Below are positions 19,801 to 28,222 of a stretch of DNA of 64,000 nt, in pieces. A program made the translations under genes and the position numbers. The notes under the pieces are model-generated. The model made no database searches. It saw nothing but the letters and a program-made list of their open reading frames with translations, and was not told where the DNA came from. This DNA comes from an uncultured Alphaproteobacteria bacterium. GTDB taxonomy: Bacteria > Pseudomonadota > Alphaproteobacteria > Rs-D84. Numbering within the stretch: position 1 is the stretch's first letter; every line of letters begins with the position of its first letter. The stretch is from NCBI GenBank assembly GCA_944389535.1, contig CALXMS010000003.1, forward strand, positions 39,419-103,418, read 5' to 3'.

Positions 19801-20013
19801 GGTGATTATATAATAGTTACTCAAGACGGCAGATATTTGTCACCACAATACAAAGATTCTGATGCAACATCAATAACGACTTTCTATAGAGAACAAGAAG
19901 ATGTCGGTGGTGTTTGCATAAATACATATTCAGACTCGTCATGGTCTTGGATAAAAGATTCTGATCAACAATGTGATTTGCAGACCCCGACTAACTGGTT
20001 AATACAAAATTAA
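16804..20013 (+). CDS. Large secreted cysteine-rich protein, member 1 of a paralogous family. It has an N-terminal Thr/Arg/Ser/Asn-rich low-complexity region.
   Basis: The signal peptide is MKGFKLLFAGCLTLLAFAFYNYANA. An alternative upstream ATG lies at 16777. A ~200-aa T/R/S/N-rich region follows. The family signature is YYSCMDEFCANKDSQLKRCACSS. Further shared blocks are VCGTDLQKCLD and ENCQDIADYVWDEF. There are more than 60 Cys in total. Confidence 0.8.
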   Translation: MKGFKLLFAGCLTLLAFAFYNYANADDSVDAARAATRRNTSTTVVRQQTDISNEQQQQSLSGTSRSTNLSSVGTRDRNTTTATRNNAISREIGTRTSSNETNQSVSARTTSNVTSRSVTDTTNVISSPSRSTTPRSTTTISRTGTTPTRNAITSSTTARTAAPTVSRNASVNRSGSATNTTAIISRAANTTSSTTTSRAGTLTAEEIINRDYTTCREVYYSCMDEFCANKDSQLKRCACSSRVNEFDSIKEQLAQVEDKMLDFNQRLLTVNMDKEDAEAIFQATEGELAFQQEDKSESKKLLDEIANKLNTTFDTSTFDSNLSPISLSLNVDAAFDSVDSLAGASTTTKSGTALYSAALPICREMALEVCTQDELDIIESGYQMAIEQDCNTVAKAYETQQDLAREQIREGSALLDMSRLDIYQKRNSDDILTCKKKMLDMLTNTAVCGTDLQKCLDISGQYIDPSTGEAILTVNLVNLGNLITRPSADQTWTNTPGNEKFVSYLNSKKLFLESATENCQDIADYVWDEFIEDALAQIKLAQESKLEEVRQSCTTLTTQCLTESAESLEDFDARALSIFGVEADKTVKQMCSEVQTACTALLDTVDGGYDWSTGITEIATDKTYETILQTCREVGRACIIQSCKSISGNFGLCENIQTSVNRKSIINRTACWEEVLECVESAGIDSINKITELQLNHLDEFNRSFYTELYGVYTAQDITNDELNAGFDISQSCIIGDNGNCIYDICANECGFNAETSTYSKITSNDCQVCRLAEKVWGNCEAHPTANLQASESHNKIKIPIDSTQDTLLSWFAKNTNTENADDSCRDTSCGPGYISSWDSEKQTSVCVPRSQLSDDGLICSSDTYWRLNINGYNNCCRTSSGSTGGARDGFGNCCLGSTIGAETNTIAGVNWETTTGYWNRNAVSTELPRKTDEVQGTLAPNKNGGLCLPSTSKFVMAFPLTDSYYGDSGIGFLFCTGTIRDITNQTSTFPSGQTVQCNGDYIIVTQDGRYLSPQYKDSDATSITTFYREQEDVGGVCINTYSDSSWSWIKDSDQQCDLQTPTNWLIQN
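16890..17420 (+). repeat. Low-complexity, degenerate short-period coding repeats (T/R/S/N-rich) at the N-terminus of family member 1
   Basis: The protein sequence shows recurring TxR/SRxxT units (TRRNTSTT, TRDRNTTTATRNN, TRTSSNET, SRSTTPRSTTT...). The compositional bias also creates long spurious antisense ORFs at 16866-17390. Confidence 0.6.
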
Positions 20014-20016
20014 ACT

Positions 20017-20043
20017 AGCCTTCGTTTAAAAGAAGGCTTTTTA
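20017..20043 (+). terminator. Rho-independent terminator after family member 1. Flanking A and T tracts suggest it is bidirectional and also serves pth.
   Basis: The stem agccttc/gaaggct has a gtttaaaa loop. It is followed by TTTTTAT. Confidence 0.6.
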
Positions 20044-20046
20044 TAT

Positions 20047-20565
20047 TTACAAATTTATTTTTGAAATTACGTCGTTTATTACTTTAAATTCTGCATCTGA
20101 AAGTTTACCCAAAACCCAATCTGCTGGGTCAATGGCTAAACCGACGTCACGTGGGTGACCGATTCCGATTCTTATACGTCTATATTCTGGTCCGACAGCC
20201 GCATCAATAGATTTTATGCCGTTATGCCCTGCACTGCCGCCACCGATTTTTTCACGCAAGCTGCCTATTTTTAGGTCCATATCATCATGAATAACAATTA
20301 AATTTTCAAGCGGTATTTTATAAAAAGTCATCAATGCCCTAACGGCATCTCCGCTGTTATTCATGAACGTTTGCGGTAAAGCGAATATAAATTTTTTACC
20401 GTTTATTTTTTCTGTATAAGTTAATGCCTCATGCTCTTTACGCCATACAGAATCTTCCGGAACGAAATGCCGCACTGCCACGAAACCAACGTTATGACGA
20501 GTACGCTCATATTTAGTCCCCGGGTTACCAAGTCCAACAATCAAAATCGGTTTATTTTCTTGCAT
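20047..20565 (-). CDS. pth: Peptidyl-tRNA hydrolase
   Basis: It carries LIVGLGNPGTKYERTRHNVGF and the internal HNGIKS motif. Confidence 0.93.
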   Translation of the reverse strand: MQENKPILIVGLGNPGTKYERTRHNVGFVAVRHFVPEDSVWRKEHEALTYTEKINGKKFIFALPQTFMNNSGDAVRALMTFYKIPLENLIVIHDDMDLKIGSLREKIGGGSAGHNGIKSIDAAVGPEYRRIRIGIGHPRDVGLAIDPADWVLGKLSDAEFKVINDVISKINL

Positions 20566-20610
20566 ATATATCTCTTTTTTTTATTATAATATCATATAAA
20601 GGAGAAAAAT

Positions 20611-21147
20611 ATGAAATTAAAATATTTTGGTATTTTAGCAGCTTTTTCCGTTGTACTTTTAGGAGCTAACGCAAACGCAGGTATGCTTTTTGATTTGTAT
20701 GCTGGGGGCACTATTGGTGCCGGTGCGTCCACAATGTTTCTTGAAGAAGAAGACGAAACTCATTCGGCACAATCTTACGGTGCAGTCATCGGATTAGACA
20801 TCCCTGTATTTCGATTTGAATTAGAATATGATTACTTAAATCAAGAAAGTGCAAATTTACATCTTGGTATGATAAATGCTTATTTAAAGTTACCTACCCC
20901 TGTTGTAAAACCTTATATCGGTGCGGGTGCGGGCAACGTATTTGGTGGTAAGGTCAGTGACATTGAAGTAGACTCTGTTATGGCATATCAAGGCATGTTA
21001 GGGGTAACGTTTGATATCCCCGCGTTACCAATTAATATTGATGCCGAAGGTCGGGCTTTATATATACATGATATTTATGACATAAATAATGTAAGTCCAG
21101 ACTTGTTACAATATGAACTTCGTTTAAAATTACGCTATATATTTTAA
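20611..21147 (+). CDS. Small outer-membrane beta-barrel protein (OmpW/OmpA-like 8-strand class)
   Basis: The signal peptide is MKLKYFGILAAFSVVLLGANANA. The protein is Gly/aromatic rich and ends ...LRLKLRYIF. Confidence 0.6.
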   Translation: MKLKYFGILAAFSVVLLGANANAGMLFDLYAGGTIGAGASTMFLEEEDETHSAQSYGAVIGLDIPVFRFELEYDYLNQESANLHLGMINAYLKLPTPVVKPYIGAGAGNVFGGKVSDIEVDSVMAYQGMLGVTFDIPALPINIDAEGRALYIHDIYDINNVSPDLLQYELRLKLRYIF

Positions 21148-21156
21148 GGTAATGCT

Positions 21157-23940
21157 ATGTTAACGCTAATTGACGGTAATTCCATATTATTTCGGGCATA
21201 TTATGGTGTACACAGTCGTTTAACAAGATCTGACGGTACACCAACTGGTGCAGTTTACGGTTTCTTTAATATGGTATTACCGCTTTTGGCGGCTGCAAAA
21301 CCCAATGATTCCTTCATATGCGTTTTTGATGCATCCAGGATATCGTTCAGACAAGATATTTTTTCTGCATATAAAGCGAATCGGCAAGAAACGCCTGCAG
21401 ATCTTATAACACAATCTTATCTTGTACGCGAAGGCGTTGCGGCAATGGGAATACCTGTTTTATGTATTCCCGGGGTCGAAGCAGATGACGTAATTGCAAC
21501 TTTGGCACGTGAAAATTGTAATTCGCACGATGCCACGCGCGTTATTACAAGCGATAAAGACTTAATGCAATTAGTGTCAGATTGCGTATTTCTGTATGAC
21601 GGCATGAAAGAGCGAGAAATTCGCCAACCAGAAGTTCTAGAAAAATTTGGTGTTCGCCCGGACCAAGTCATTGATGTACAAAGTTTAATGGGCGATTCAT
21701 CCGATAATGTTCCGGGGGTTCCTGGTATAGGTCCAAAAAAAGCGTCTGAACTTATTAATCAATTCGGTTCACTTGATGCGTTATACGAACACCTGGATGA
21801 AGTTAAAAACGAACGTATTCGTACTTTGTTAAAAGACAACAAAGACAGCGCATATATTTCTAAAAAACTGGTAACACTGAAAACAGATGTGGATTTAACG
21901 GGTTTAAAAATAACGCCCTTTATCTTTAATACTCCGGAAGCATTAAAATTTGTACGTGAAAAACTGGAAAGCAATTCTTTATCGACAAAAATAGAAAAAC
22001 TATTTCCATTAGAAAAATTCAAAATTGGACCGCAACCAGAAAAATTTGAATATTCTGGCTCTGCATGTGAAATGCCGAAAAATATAAATAACGATGTAAC
22101 GAATCAAACCGCGTTTAAAAAAAGTTTTACTTATGAAACAATAAAGAACCTAGATGAACTAGATAAATTTTTATCTGGCGTAACAGATATCCTAGCACTA
22201 GATACGGAAACCACTGGTTTAAATCCATTAGAGGCAAAAATCGTTGGAATATCTTTGGCAGCTGATGATACACATGGTGTATACATACCGATTCGTCATC
22301 AAGTAAAAACAAACGATTTATTTGCAGAAAATACAATCGCACCAGATCAAATTGATATAAAGACGGTACACGATAAGCTATGGCCAATATTTACTGACAA
22401 ACGAATTTTGAAAATCGGTCACAATCTAAAATATGACTTACACGTCATGGCTAACGAAGGATGGAATATAGATGAAATTGCCCCAATTGACGATACAATG
22501 CTGATATCATATGCATTACATGGAACGTTACATGGTCATGGGTTAGATGAACTTGCTCAAAAATATCTGGCACACACGAACATTTCTTTTGCATCGCTAT
22601 TTCCGCCCAAAACAAAAGATGCAGATATGCATTTCGATTCGCTGGATATTGCAACGGCTACCCCGTATGCTGCCGAAGATGCGACTATTTGTATGGCGCT
22701 TTATAAACATATGCGGCCAGAGTTAAATAAAAATGAAAAACTACGTCATCTTTATGAAATATGTGATTTACCGTTAATGCCGATTTTGTTAACAATGGAA
22801 CGTGCCGGCGTTTTGGTAAATAAAACTGGATTGCAACAATTATCAAACGTATTTCATAACCAACTAACGCAGTTGGAGGCGGAAATATGGCAAATGGTCG
22901 GACATGAATTTAATATTGCCAGTCCGAAACAACTTGGGGTAATTTTATTTGATGAACTACATCTGCCGGCGAATAAAAAACGCTCTACCGATGCAGATGC
23001 ATTGAATGATTTAATTGATGCGCATCCGGTAATAGAAAAGATATTAAATTGGCGGTCAATTGCAAAACTAGCGGGCACGTACGCAGACGCATTGCCGCGA
23101 CAGATCGCATCCGACGGCAGAATTCATACGACATATTTACAGACCAGCACGAATACTGGGCGTCTATCCAGTCGTGACCCTAACCTGCAAAACATCCCTA
23201 TAAAAACAGAGCTTGGGGAAGAAATTAGAAAATGCTTTATCGCACCAGAGGGGAAAGTTTTAATATCTGCGGATTATTCTCAAATTCAACTTAGATTACT
23301 TGCAGACGTCGCAAATGTAAAAACGTTTAAAGAAACATTTAATTCAGGGAAAGATATTCACGAACAAACTGCCCGACAAATATTTGGCATTGCGGAAGGC
23401 ACACCGGTACCAAAAGATTTACGTCGTGCCGCAAAGACTGTAAACTTTTCCATAATATACGGAATATCTTCGTTTGGTTTATCTGGACAGCTGGGCATAT
23501 CGCGCGCGGCAGCTCAAGAAATAATAAACGCTTATATGGCGGGATTACCAGAGGTAAAAGAATATATAGAAAAAGTAAAAAACTTTGCCCTGCAACATGC
23601 CTGCGTCTATACGCCATGGGGGCGCAGAATAGAATTACCAGAAGTAAAAAACCCAAGAATGCGTGGTTATGCTATGCGTGCAGCGGTAAATGCTCCAATT
23701 CAAGGTTTCGAAGCAGACCTAATGCGTCGTGCAATGGTAAATATAAACAACGACATAATTAAACCAAACGCTGATAAAATACGTATGATTATGCAGGTAC
23801 ATGACGAAATCATATTTGAATGTGATAAAACAGTTGCCAAGGAATTCGCACTGAAAATAGAATCTGCTATGGAAAACGTAACCAAACTTTCTGTACCACT
23901 TGCCGCAGATTACGTAATTGGTCCGGTATGGGGCAAATAA
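21157..23940 (+). CDS. polA: DNA polymerase I, comprising the 5'-3' exonuclease, 3'-5' exonuclease and polymerase domains
   Basis: The N-terminus reads MLTLIDGNSILFRAYYG, typical of the 5' nuclease domain. Polymerase motifs are present: RRAAKTVNFSIIYG, and QVHDEIIFE (motif C region). The length is 927 aa. Confidence 0.93.
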   Translation: MLTLIDGNSILFRAYYGVHSRLTRSDGTPTGAVYGFFNMVLPLLAAAKPNDSFICVFDASRISFRQDIFSAYKANRQETPADLITQSYLVREGVAAMGIPVLCIPGVEADDVIATLARENCNSHDATRVITSDKDLMQLVSDCVFLYDGMKEREIRQPEVLEKFGVRPDQVIDVQSLMGDSSDNVPGVPGIGPKKASELINQFGSLDALYEHLDEVKNERIRTLLKDNKDSAYISKKLVTLKTDVDLTGLKITPFIFNTPEALKFVREKLESNSLSTKIEKLFPLEKFKIGPQPEKFEYSGSACEMPKNINNDVTNQTAFKKSFTYETIKNLDELDKFLSGVTDILALDTETTGLNPLEAKIVGISLAADDTHGVYIPIRHQVKTNDLFAENTIAPDQIDIKTVHDKLWPIFTDKRILKIGHNLKYDLHVMANEGWNIDEIAPIDDTMLISYALHGTLHGHGLDELAQKYLAHTNISFASLFPPKTKDADMHFDSLDIATATPYAAEDATICMALYKHMRPELNKNEKLRHLYEICDLPLMPILLTMERAGVLVNKTGLQQLSNVFHNQLTQLEAEIWQMVGHEFNIASPKQLGVILFDELHLPANKKRSTDADALNDLIDAHPVIEKILNWRSIAKLAGTYADALPRQIASDGRIHTTYLQTSTNTGRLSSRDPNLQNIPIKTELGEEIRKCFIAPEGKVLISADYSQIQLRLLADVANVKTFKETFNSGKDIHEQTARQIFGIAEGTPVPKDLRRAAKTVNFSIIYGISSFGLSGQLGISRAAAQEIINAYMAGLPEVKEYIEKVKNFALQHACVYTPWGRRIELPEVKNPRMRGYAMRAAVNAPIQGFEADLMRRAMVNINNDIIKPNADKIRMIMQVHDEIIFECDKTVAKEFALKIESAMENVTKLSVPLAADYVIGPVWGK

Positions 23941-23943
23941 AAA

Positions 23944-23965
23944 CACCCCTGTCGGGGTATTTTAT
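23944..23965 (+). terminator. Candidate terminator hairpin after polA
   Basis: The stem acccc/ggggt has a tgtc loop. It is followed by ATTTTATTT. Confidence 0.4.
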
Positions 23966-23968
23966 TTC

Positions 23969-24052
23969 TGGTGGCCCTGGTCGGACTCGAACCGACACTC
24001 CTTGCAGAACTTGATTTTGAGTCAAGCGCGTCTACCAATTCCGCCACGGGGC
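23969..24052 (-). tRNA. tRNA-Leu (anticodon CAA), type II
   Basis: The minus-strand sequence is GGCCCCGTGGCGGAATTGGTAGACGCG-CTTGA-CUCAAAA-TCAAG, then the long variable arm, then GTCGG-TTCGAGT-CCGAC-CAGGGCC-ACCA. The anticodon loop is C-U-C-A-A-A-A. There is one acceptor-stem mismatch in my fold, so the 5' boundary is uncertain by 1 nt. Confidence 0.75.
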
Positions 24053-24071
24053 CAAAACGCAATGCAACGAA

Positions 24072-24446
24072 TTATTTCGTCGCTGCTTTACGCGCTTCGA
24101 CCTTCTTTACCAAACGAGCACTACGATTTGCTTTGTGTGCAGGTTTTTTTACCGGTTTTTCAGACGCACCAACTTTTTTATTGATAGCTTTCTTAATCGC
24201 CGCCATTTCCGGTGTCAAACGAGAAGGTGATTTTGACATTACATATGCATCCAAACCACCGTGTTTCGTCAATGTACGAAGACCCGCAGTTGAAATACGT
24301 AATGAGAAGTCGCGATTTAAAATATCGCTATGAAATTTTAATTTTTGCAAATTTGGCAAAAAAGTGCGCTTTGTATGACGCATAGAGTGAGATACATTCA
24401 TCCCAACTTCTGTTTTTTTACCTGTAACTTTACATACACGTGGCAT
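24072..24446 (-). CDS. rpmB: 50S ribosomal protein L28 with a Lys-rich C-terminal extension
   Basis: MPRVCKVTGKKTEVGMNVSHSMRHTKRTFLPNLQ matches the L28 N-terminus. The SD AAGGA lies 9 nt upstream of this ATG. The ORF is open further upstream to 24473. Confidence 0.85.
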   Translation of the reverse strand: MPRVCKVTGKKTEVGMNVSHSMRHTKRTFLPNLQKLKFHSDILNRDFSLRISTAGLRTLTKHGGLDAYVMSKSPSRLTPEMAAIKKAINKKVGASEKPVKKPAHKANRSARLVKKVEARKAATK

Positions 24447-24513
24447 AATATAATCCTTTAATAACTGCGCCATAATTTATAATAAAAATCCCGTAAAGTC
24501 AAGAATTCTTTTA

Positions 24514-25974
24514 TTAATTCCCTCTTTTACTCTGATGTTCCGGCAATAATAAGTCCGAAACATATTTAACCGGCGAAAAAGTCGTTACGGGAACATCAAC
24601 AAAAATACTTATCCAATGCGCCATAGCACCATTCCATAACCCCGGTCGTTCCATGGCTCTTAACGCCTTACCTGATTTAGTTTTTTCTGATATGAAACCG
24701 GTCGCCTCGTCAACAAAATCCTTTAAATTGAATTTATTCCCTAGGTAATCTTTGATACCGCATACCAAATCAACAGGATTAAAATGAGAAGACTTATTCA
24801 TTATATCCCTTGCCGCAGGTGCAATCTGACTGGATTCTATAATTTGTAATCTTTCCACGTCATCTTCAGATTTTACCCAAAAAGGCCCCCCACCTGGCGC
24901 ACCGGTATTTTTTACCATTCCGCAAACGCGCATAGGTCTATTTAGCAAATCTTTATAATATTGAGCAGAAGCATCATCCGGCAAATTTTTTTGCTGTAAT
25001 TCATTTGATAAAAAGTCTTTAACTTCTTCAATAAAATCTGGGGTTTCACTCCAATTGCGCAAATAACCGAATACACGTTTCTGTAATCTTATTAATAAAC
25101 CAGCCAAAGCCTTTTTGTATCTGACGGCATCTGCCCGTTTATCTGCAACACAAACATTATCAATATTTTTTATAAATATAATGTCTGCATCTAAATCATT
25201 TAAATTTTCAATTAATGCTCCATGTCCTGCCGGCCTAAAAAGTAACCGTCCGTCAGAATCCCTGAAAACCGTATTATCTGGGTTTACTGCAATGGTATCT
25301 GTTGATTTTTTCTGTTCAGACATTGAAATTTCATATTTAACCCTAAGGACTGATTGATAATTATCCAGAACGGTATTTAATAACTTTTCAAAACCGCTTC
25401 TATGCTCTGGAGACACAGTAAAATGAATTTTTACGCTTCCGTTACTGCAGGCGTATTGAGCCCCCTCCACAAGATGTTCTTCCAACGCAGTTACAGACAC
25501 CTGATCATATTTATGAAATTTTATTAATGCTTTCGGTAAATTCCCATACCCCAAACCGTCATCATATAAAATTCTAGATATAACAGTTTTATCATCAGCA
25601 GTATCTGGTAATACGCCTTTTAAATCGTCATAAAAAGCGAATCGATTAATATTGTCCAAAACTTTTTGAACGACATCTGTTTTCTTGCCATCAGACAAAT
25701 ATTCAAACAAATCTTTGAACATTCTTGTCGCGGCCCCAGATGCCGGAACAAACTTTACCACCGAATAATCATTTATATCGGCATCATACAAAGATATTAG
25801 GTTTTCTATTTCGTTTTCGTTCAAACACAAAATGCCGTTATTAACAGATGCCGGTTCTGTTATATTTACATATGGAAACCCCGTTTTAAACAAATCAATT
25901 TGTTTATTTACTTCTTCAACGGTTAAACCATTTTTTTGAATTTGTAACAAATCTTCTGCATTAAATTCTGTCAT
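24514..25974 (-). CDS. UDPGP-family (eukaryotic-type UTP:sugar-1-phosphate uridylyltransferase-like) nucleotidyltransferase, probably DUF4301-like
   Basis: The N-terminal glycine-rich loop reads FVPASGAATRMF (compare LNGGLGTxMG). The motif block reads FRPAGHGALIENLNDLDADIIFIKNIDNVCV (compare PPGHGDIY...FVSNIDNLGA of UGPases). Confidence 0.45.
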   Translation of the reverse strand: MTEFNAEDLLQIQKNGLTVEEVNKQIDLFKTGFPYVNITEPASVNNGILCLNENEIENLISLYDADINDYSVVKFVPASGAATRMFKDLFEYLSDGKKTDVVQKVLDNINRFAFYDDLKGVLPDTADDKTVISRILYDDGLGYGNLPKALIKFHKYDQVSVTALEEHLVEGAQYACSNGSVKIHFTVSPEHRSGFEKLLNTVLDNYQSVLRVKYEISMSEQKKSTDTIAVNPDNTVFRDSDGRLLFRPAGHGALIENLNDLDADIIFIKNIDNVCVADKRADAVRYKKALAGLLIRLQKRVFGYLRNWSETPDFIEEVKDFLSNELQQKNLPDDASAQYYKDLLNRPMRVCGMVKNTGAPGGGPFWVKSEDDVERLQIIESSQIAPAARDIMNKSSHFNPVDLVCGIKDYLGNKFNLKDFVDEATGFISEKTKSGKALRAMERPGLWNGAMAHWISIFVDVPVTTFSPVKYVSDLLLPEHQSKRGN

Positions 25975-26121
25975 TTATCTAACCCCTAATTAGTGATATA
26001 AGCATAGCCAAAAATAAAAATGTCTTCAACTGTATAAAAAGTTTCTTTTCCCATATATTGAAAAATTAAATTATGCAACTATATATAAACTCAGTAATAA
26101 ATTATAAGGAGGATTTAACAA

Positions 26122-28179
26122 ATGAATCCAGAAGAAATGCAAGAAACGCCGGAACAAGCGATTGCTAAATATACAACAGATTTTACGAAATTGGCGGCGG
26201 ATGGTAAATTAGATCCCGTAATCGGGCGAGACGATGAAATTCGCCGTACGATACAAGTATTATCACGTCGCACAAAAAACAACCCCGTTTTAATAGGAAA
26301 TCCTGGGGTTGGTAAAACTGCAATTGTAGAGGGATTAGCCGAACGTATCGTATCTGGTGACGTACCCGAAAATTTGTTAAAGAAAAAACTACTATCACTG
26401 GACATGGGGGCATTAATGGCCGGTGCTATGTTTCGCGGGCAATTTGAAGGACGTTTCAAAGCTATATTAAAAGCCGTAAAAGATTCTGACGGACAAATAA
26501 TATTATTCATTGATGAACTGCATACTTTGGTCGGTGCAGGTAAAGGTGAAGGCAGTATGGATGCCGGGAATCTATTAAAACCTATGCTGGCTCGTGGTGA
26601 ACTGCACTGCCTTGGTGCAACTACTTTAGATGAATATCGTCAATATATCGAGAAAGACCCTGCATTGGCGCGTCGTTTTCAACCTGTATATGTTGACGAA
26701 CCAACTGTTGACGATACAATTTCTATTTTGCGCGGTTTAAAAGAGAAATACGAAGGTCATCATGGGGTTCGTATTTCTGACGCTGCTTTGGTTGCGGCTG
26801 TACGTTTGTCAAATCGTTATATAACGGACAGGTTCTTACCAGATAAAGCTATTGACCTTATTGATGAAGCGGCCGCACGCGTTCGCATAGAAATTGCCTC
26901 AAAACCAGAAAAATTAGATGAAATTGATCGACATTTGATGCAACTAAAAATAGAACAACAAGCTTTAAAGAAAGAAAAAGATGAAGATTCTAAAAAACGC
27001 TTAAAAGAATTAGAATCTGTAATCAAAGATATAGAATCAGAATCGGAAAAGCTAACTGCCGAATGGCGTGAAGAACAGAAAAAAATGCGCGGATTATCCG
27101 ACGCCATGGCAGCTTTGGACGCAGCTAAAGCAGAAGTTGCAACGGCAATGCGTAACGGTGATTATGAAAAGGCATCTGCTTTGCAATATGGTAAGATCCC
27201 GGAATTAGAAGAAGAAATTCGCAAGATGAATGCTGAATCCAAAGAATATAAAACGGTACTACCCGAACATATCGCTGCGGTTGTAAGCAAATGGACAGGT
27301 GTTCCGGCTGATAAATTAAGTGTTGAAGAACAATCTAAGTTACTGAACATAGAAGATGAATTACGTAAACGTGTTGTCGGACAGGATCATGCTCTTAACG
27401 TCATATCTCGTGCGATTCGTCGCAGCCGCGCAGGGTTATCCGATCCACATCGTCCCGCAGGTAGTTTCATGTTCTTAGGTCCAACGGGCGTCGGCAAGAC
27501 AGAAGTTGCCAAAGCATTAGCAGAATACTTATTTAACGACGATACCGCAATGACTCGTATAGATATGAGTGAATATATGGAACCACACTCTGTATCACGT
27601 CTGATTGGTAGTCCTCCGGGATATGTCGGATATGAGCAAGGCGGGGTACTGACAGAAAGTGTTCGACGTCGCCCCTATCAAGTATTATTATTTGATGAAA
27701 TTGAAAAAGCAAATCCAGACGTATTCAATGTCTTTTTACAGATATTAGACGATGGACGCTTAACCGATGGTCAAGGACACGTTGTTAACTTTACCAACAC
27801 CATTATTATAATGACCAGTAACTTGCCAGATATGGAAGCTGTAAAGAAACGTTTCCGCCCAGAATTTATAAATCGTATAGATGAAATCGTATTCTTTAAC
27901 CCATTGGGTAAAGACGTAATGGCAGGAATAGTAAAAATACAACTACATAACCTGGAAAAGCGACTGGAAGAACGTCGTATAGATCTGAATGTTTCAGACA
28001 AAGCCATCAAATGGTTGGGTGACAATGGTTATGACCCAGTATTTGGTGCACGTCCTTTAAAACGTCTTATAACATCTGCCGTTGAAGATAAAATCGCAGA
28101 TTTGATTTTATCTGGGACAGTCGGAGAAGGAAGTACAGTATATGTTGACGTTCATGGTAAAGAGTTAACAGTTAAATAA
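26122..28179 (+). CDS. clpB: ClpB-type AAA+ disaggregase encoded without the N-terminal domain
   Basis: The protein is 685 aa. It starts at the pre-NBD1 linker ([37 protein letters not shown]). A long coiled-coil M-domain separates NBD1 from NBD2 (GPTGVGKTE, and sensor/Arg finger GARPLKR). Only 147 nt lie upstream before the previous gene, so there is no room for an N-domain. Confidence 0.85.
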   Translation: MNPEEMQETPEQAIAKYTTDFTKLAADGKLDPVIGRDDEIRRTIQVLSRRTKNNPVLIGNPGVGKTAIVEGLAERIVSGDVPENLLKKKLLSLDMGALMAGAMFRGQFEGRFKAILKAVKDSDGQIILFIDELHTLVGAGKGEGSMDAGNLLKPMLARGELHCLGATTLDEYRQYIEKDPALARRFQPVYVDEPTVDDTISILRGLKEKYEGHHGVRISDAALVAAVRLSNRYITDRFLPDKAIDLIDEAAARVRIEIASKPEKLDEIDRHLMQLKIEQQALKKEKDEDSKKRLKELESVIKDIESESEKLTAEWREEQKKMRGLSDAMAALDAAKAEVATAMRNGDYEKASALQYGKIPELEEEIRKMNAESKEYKTVLPEHIAAVVSKWTGVPADKLSVEEQSKLLNIEDELRKRVVGQDHALNVISRAIRRSRAGLSDPHRPAGSFMFLGPTGVGKTEVAKALAEYLFNDDTAMTRIDMSEYMEPHSVSRLIGSPPGYVGYEQGGVLTESVRRRPYQVLLFDEIEKANPDVFNVFLQILDDGRLTDGQGHVVNFTNTIIIMTSNLPDMEAVKKRFRPEFINRIDEIVFFNPLGKDVMAGIVKIQLHNLEKRLEERRIDLNVSDKAIKWLGDNGYDPVFGARPLKRLITSAVEDKIADLILSGTVGEGSTVYVDVHGKELTVK

Positions 28180-28222
28180 CAAAGCATAACAACAAATAAA
28201 GGGCGCCTAAAAACGCCTCTTA

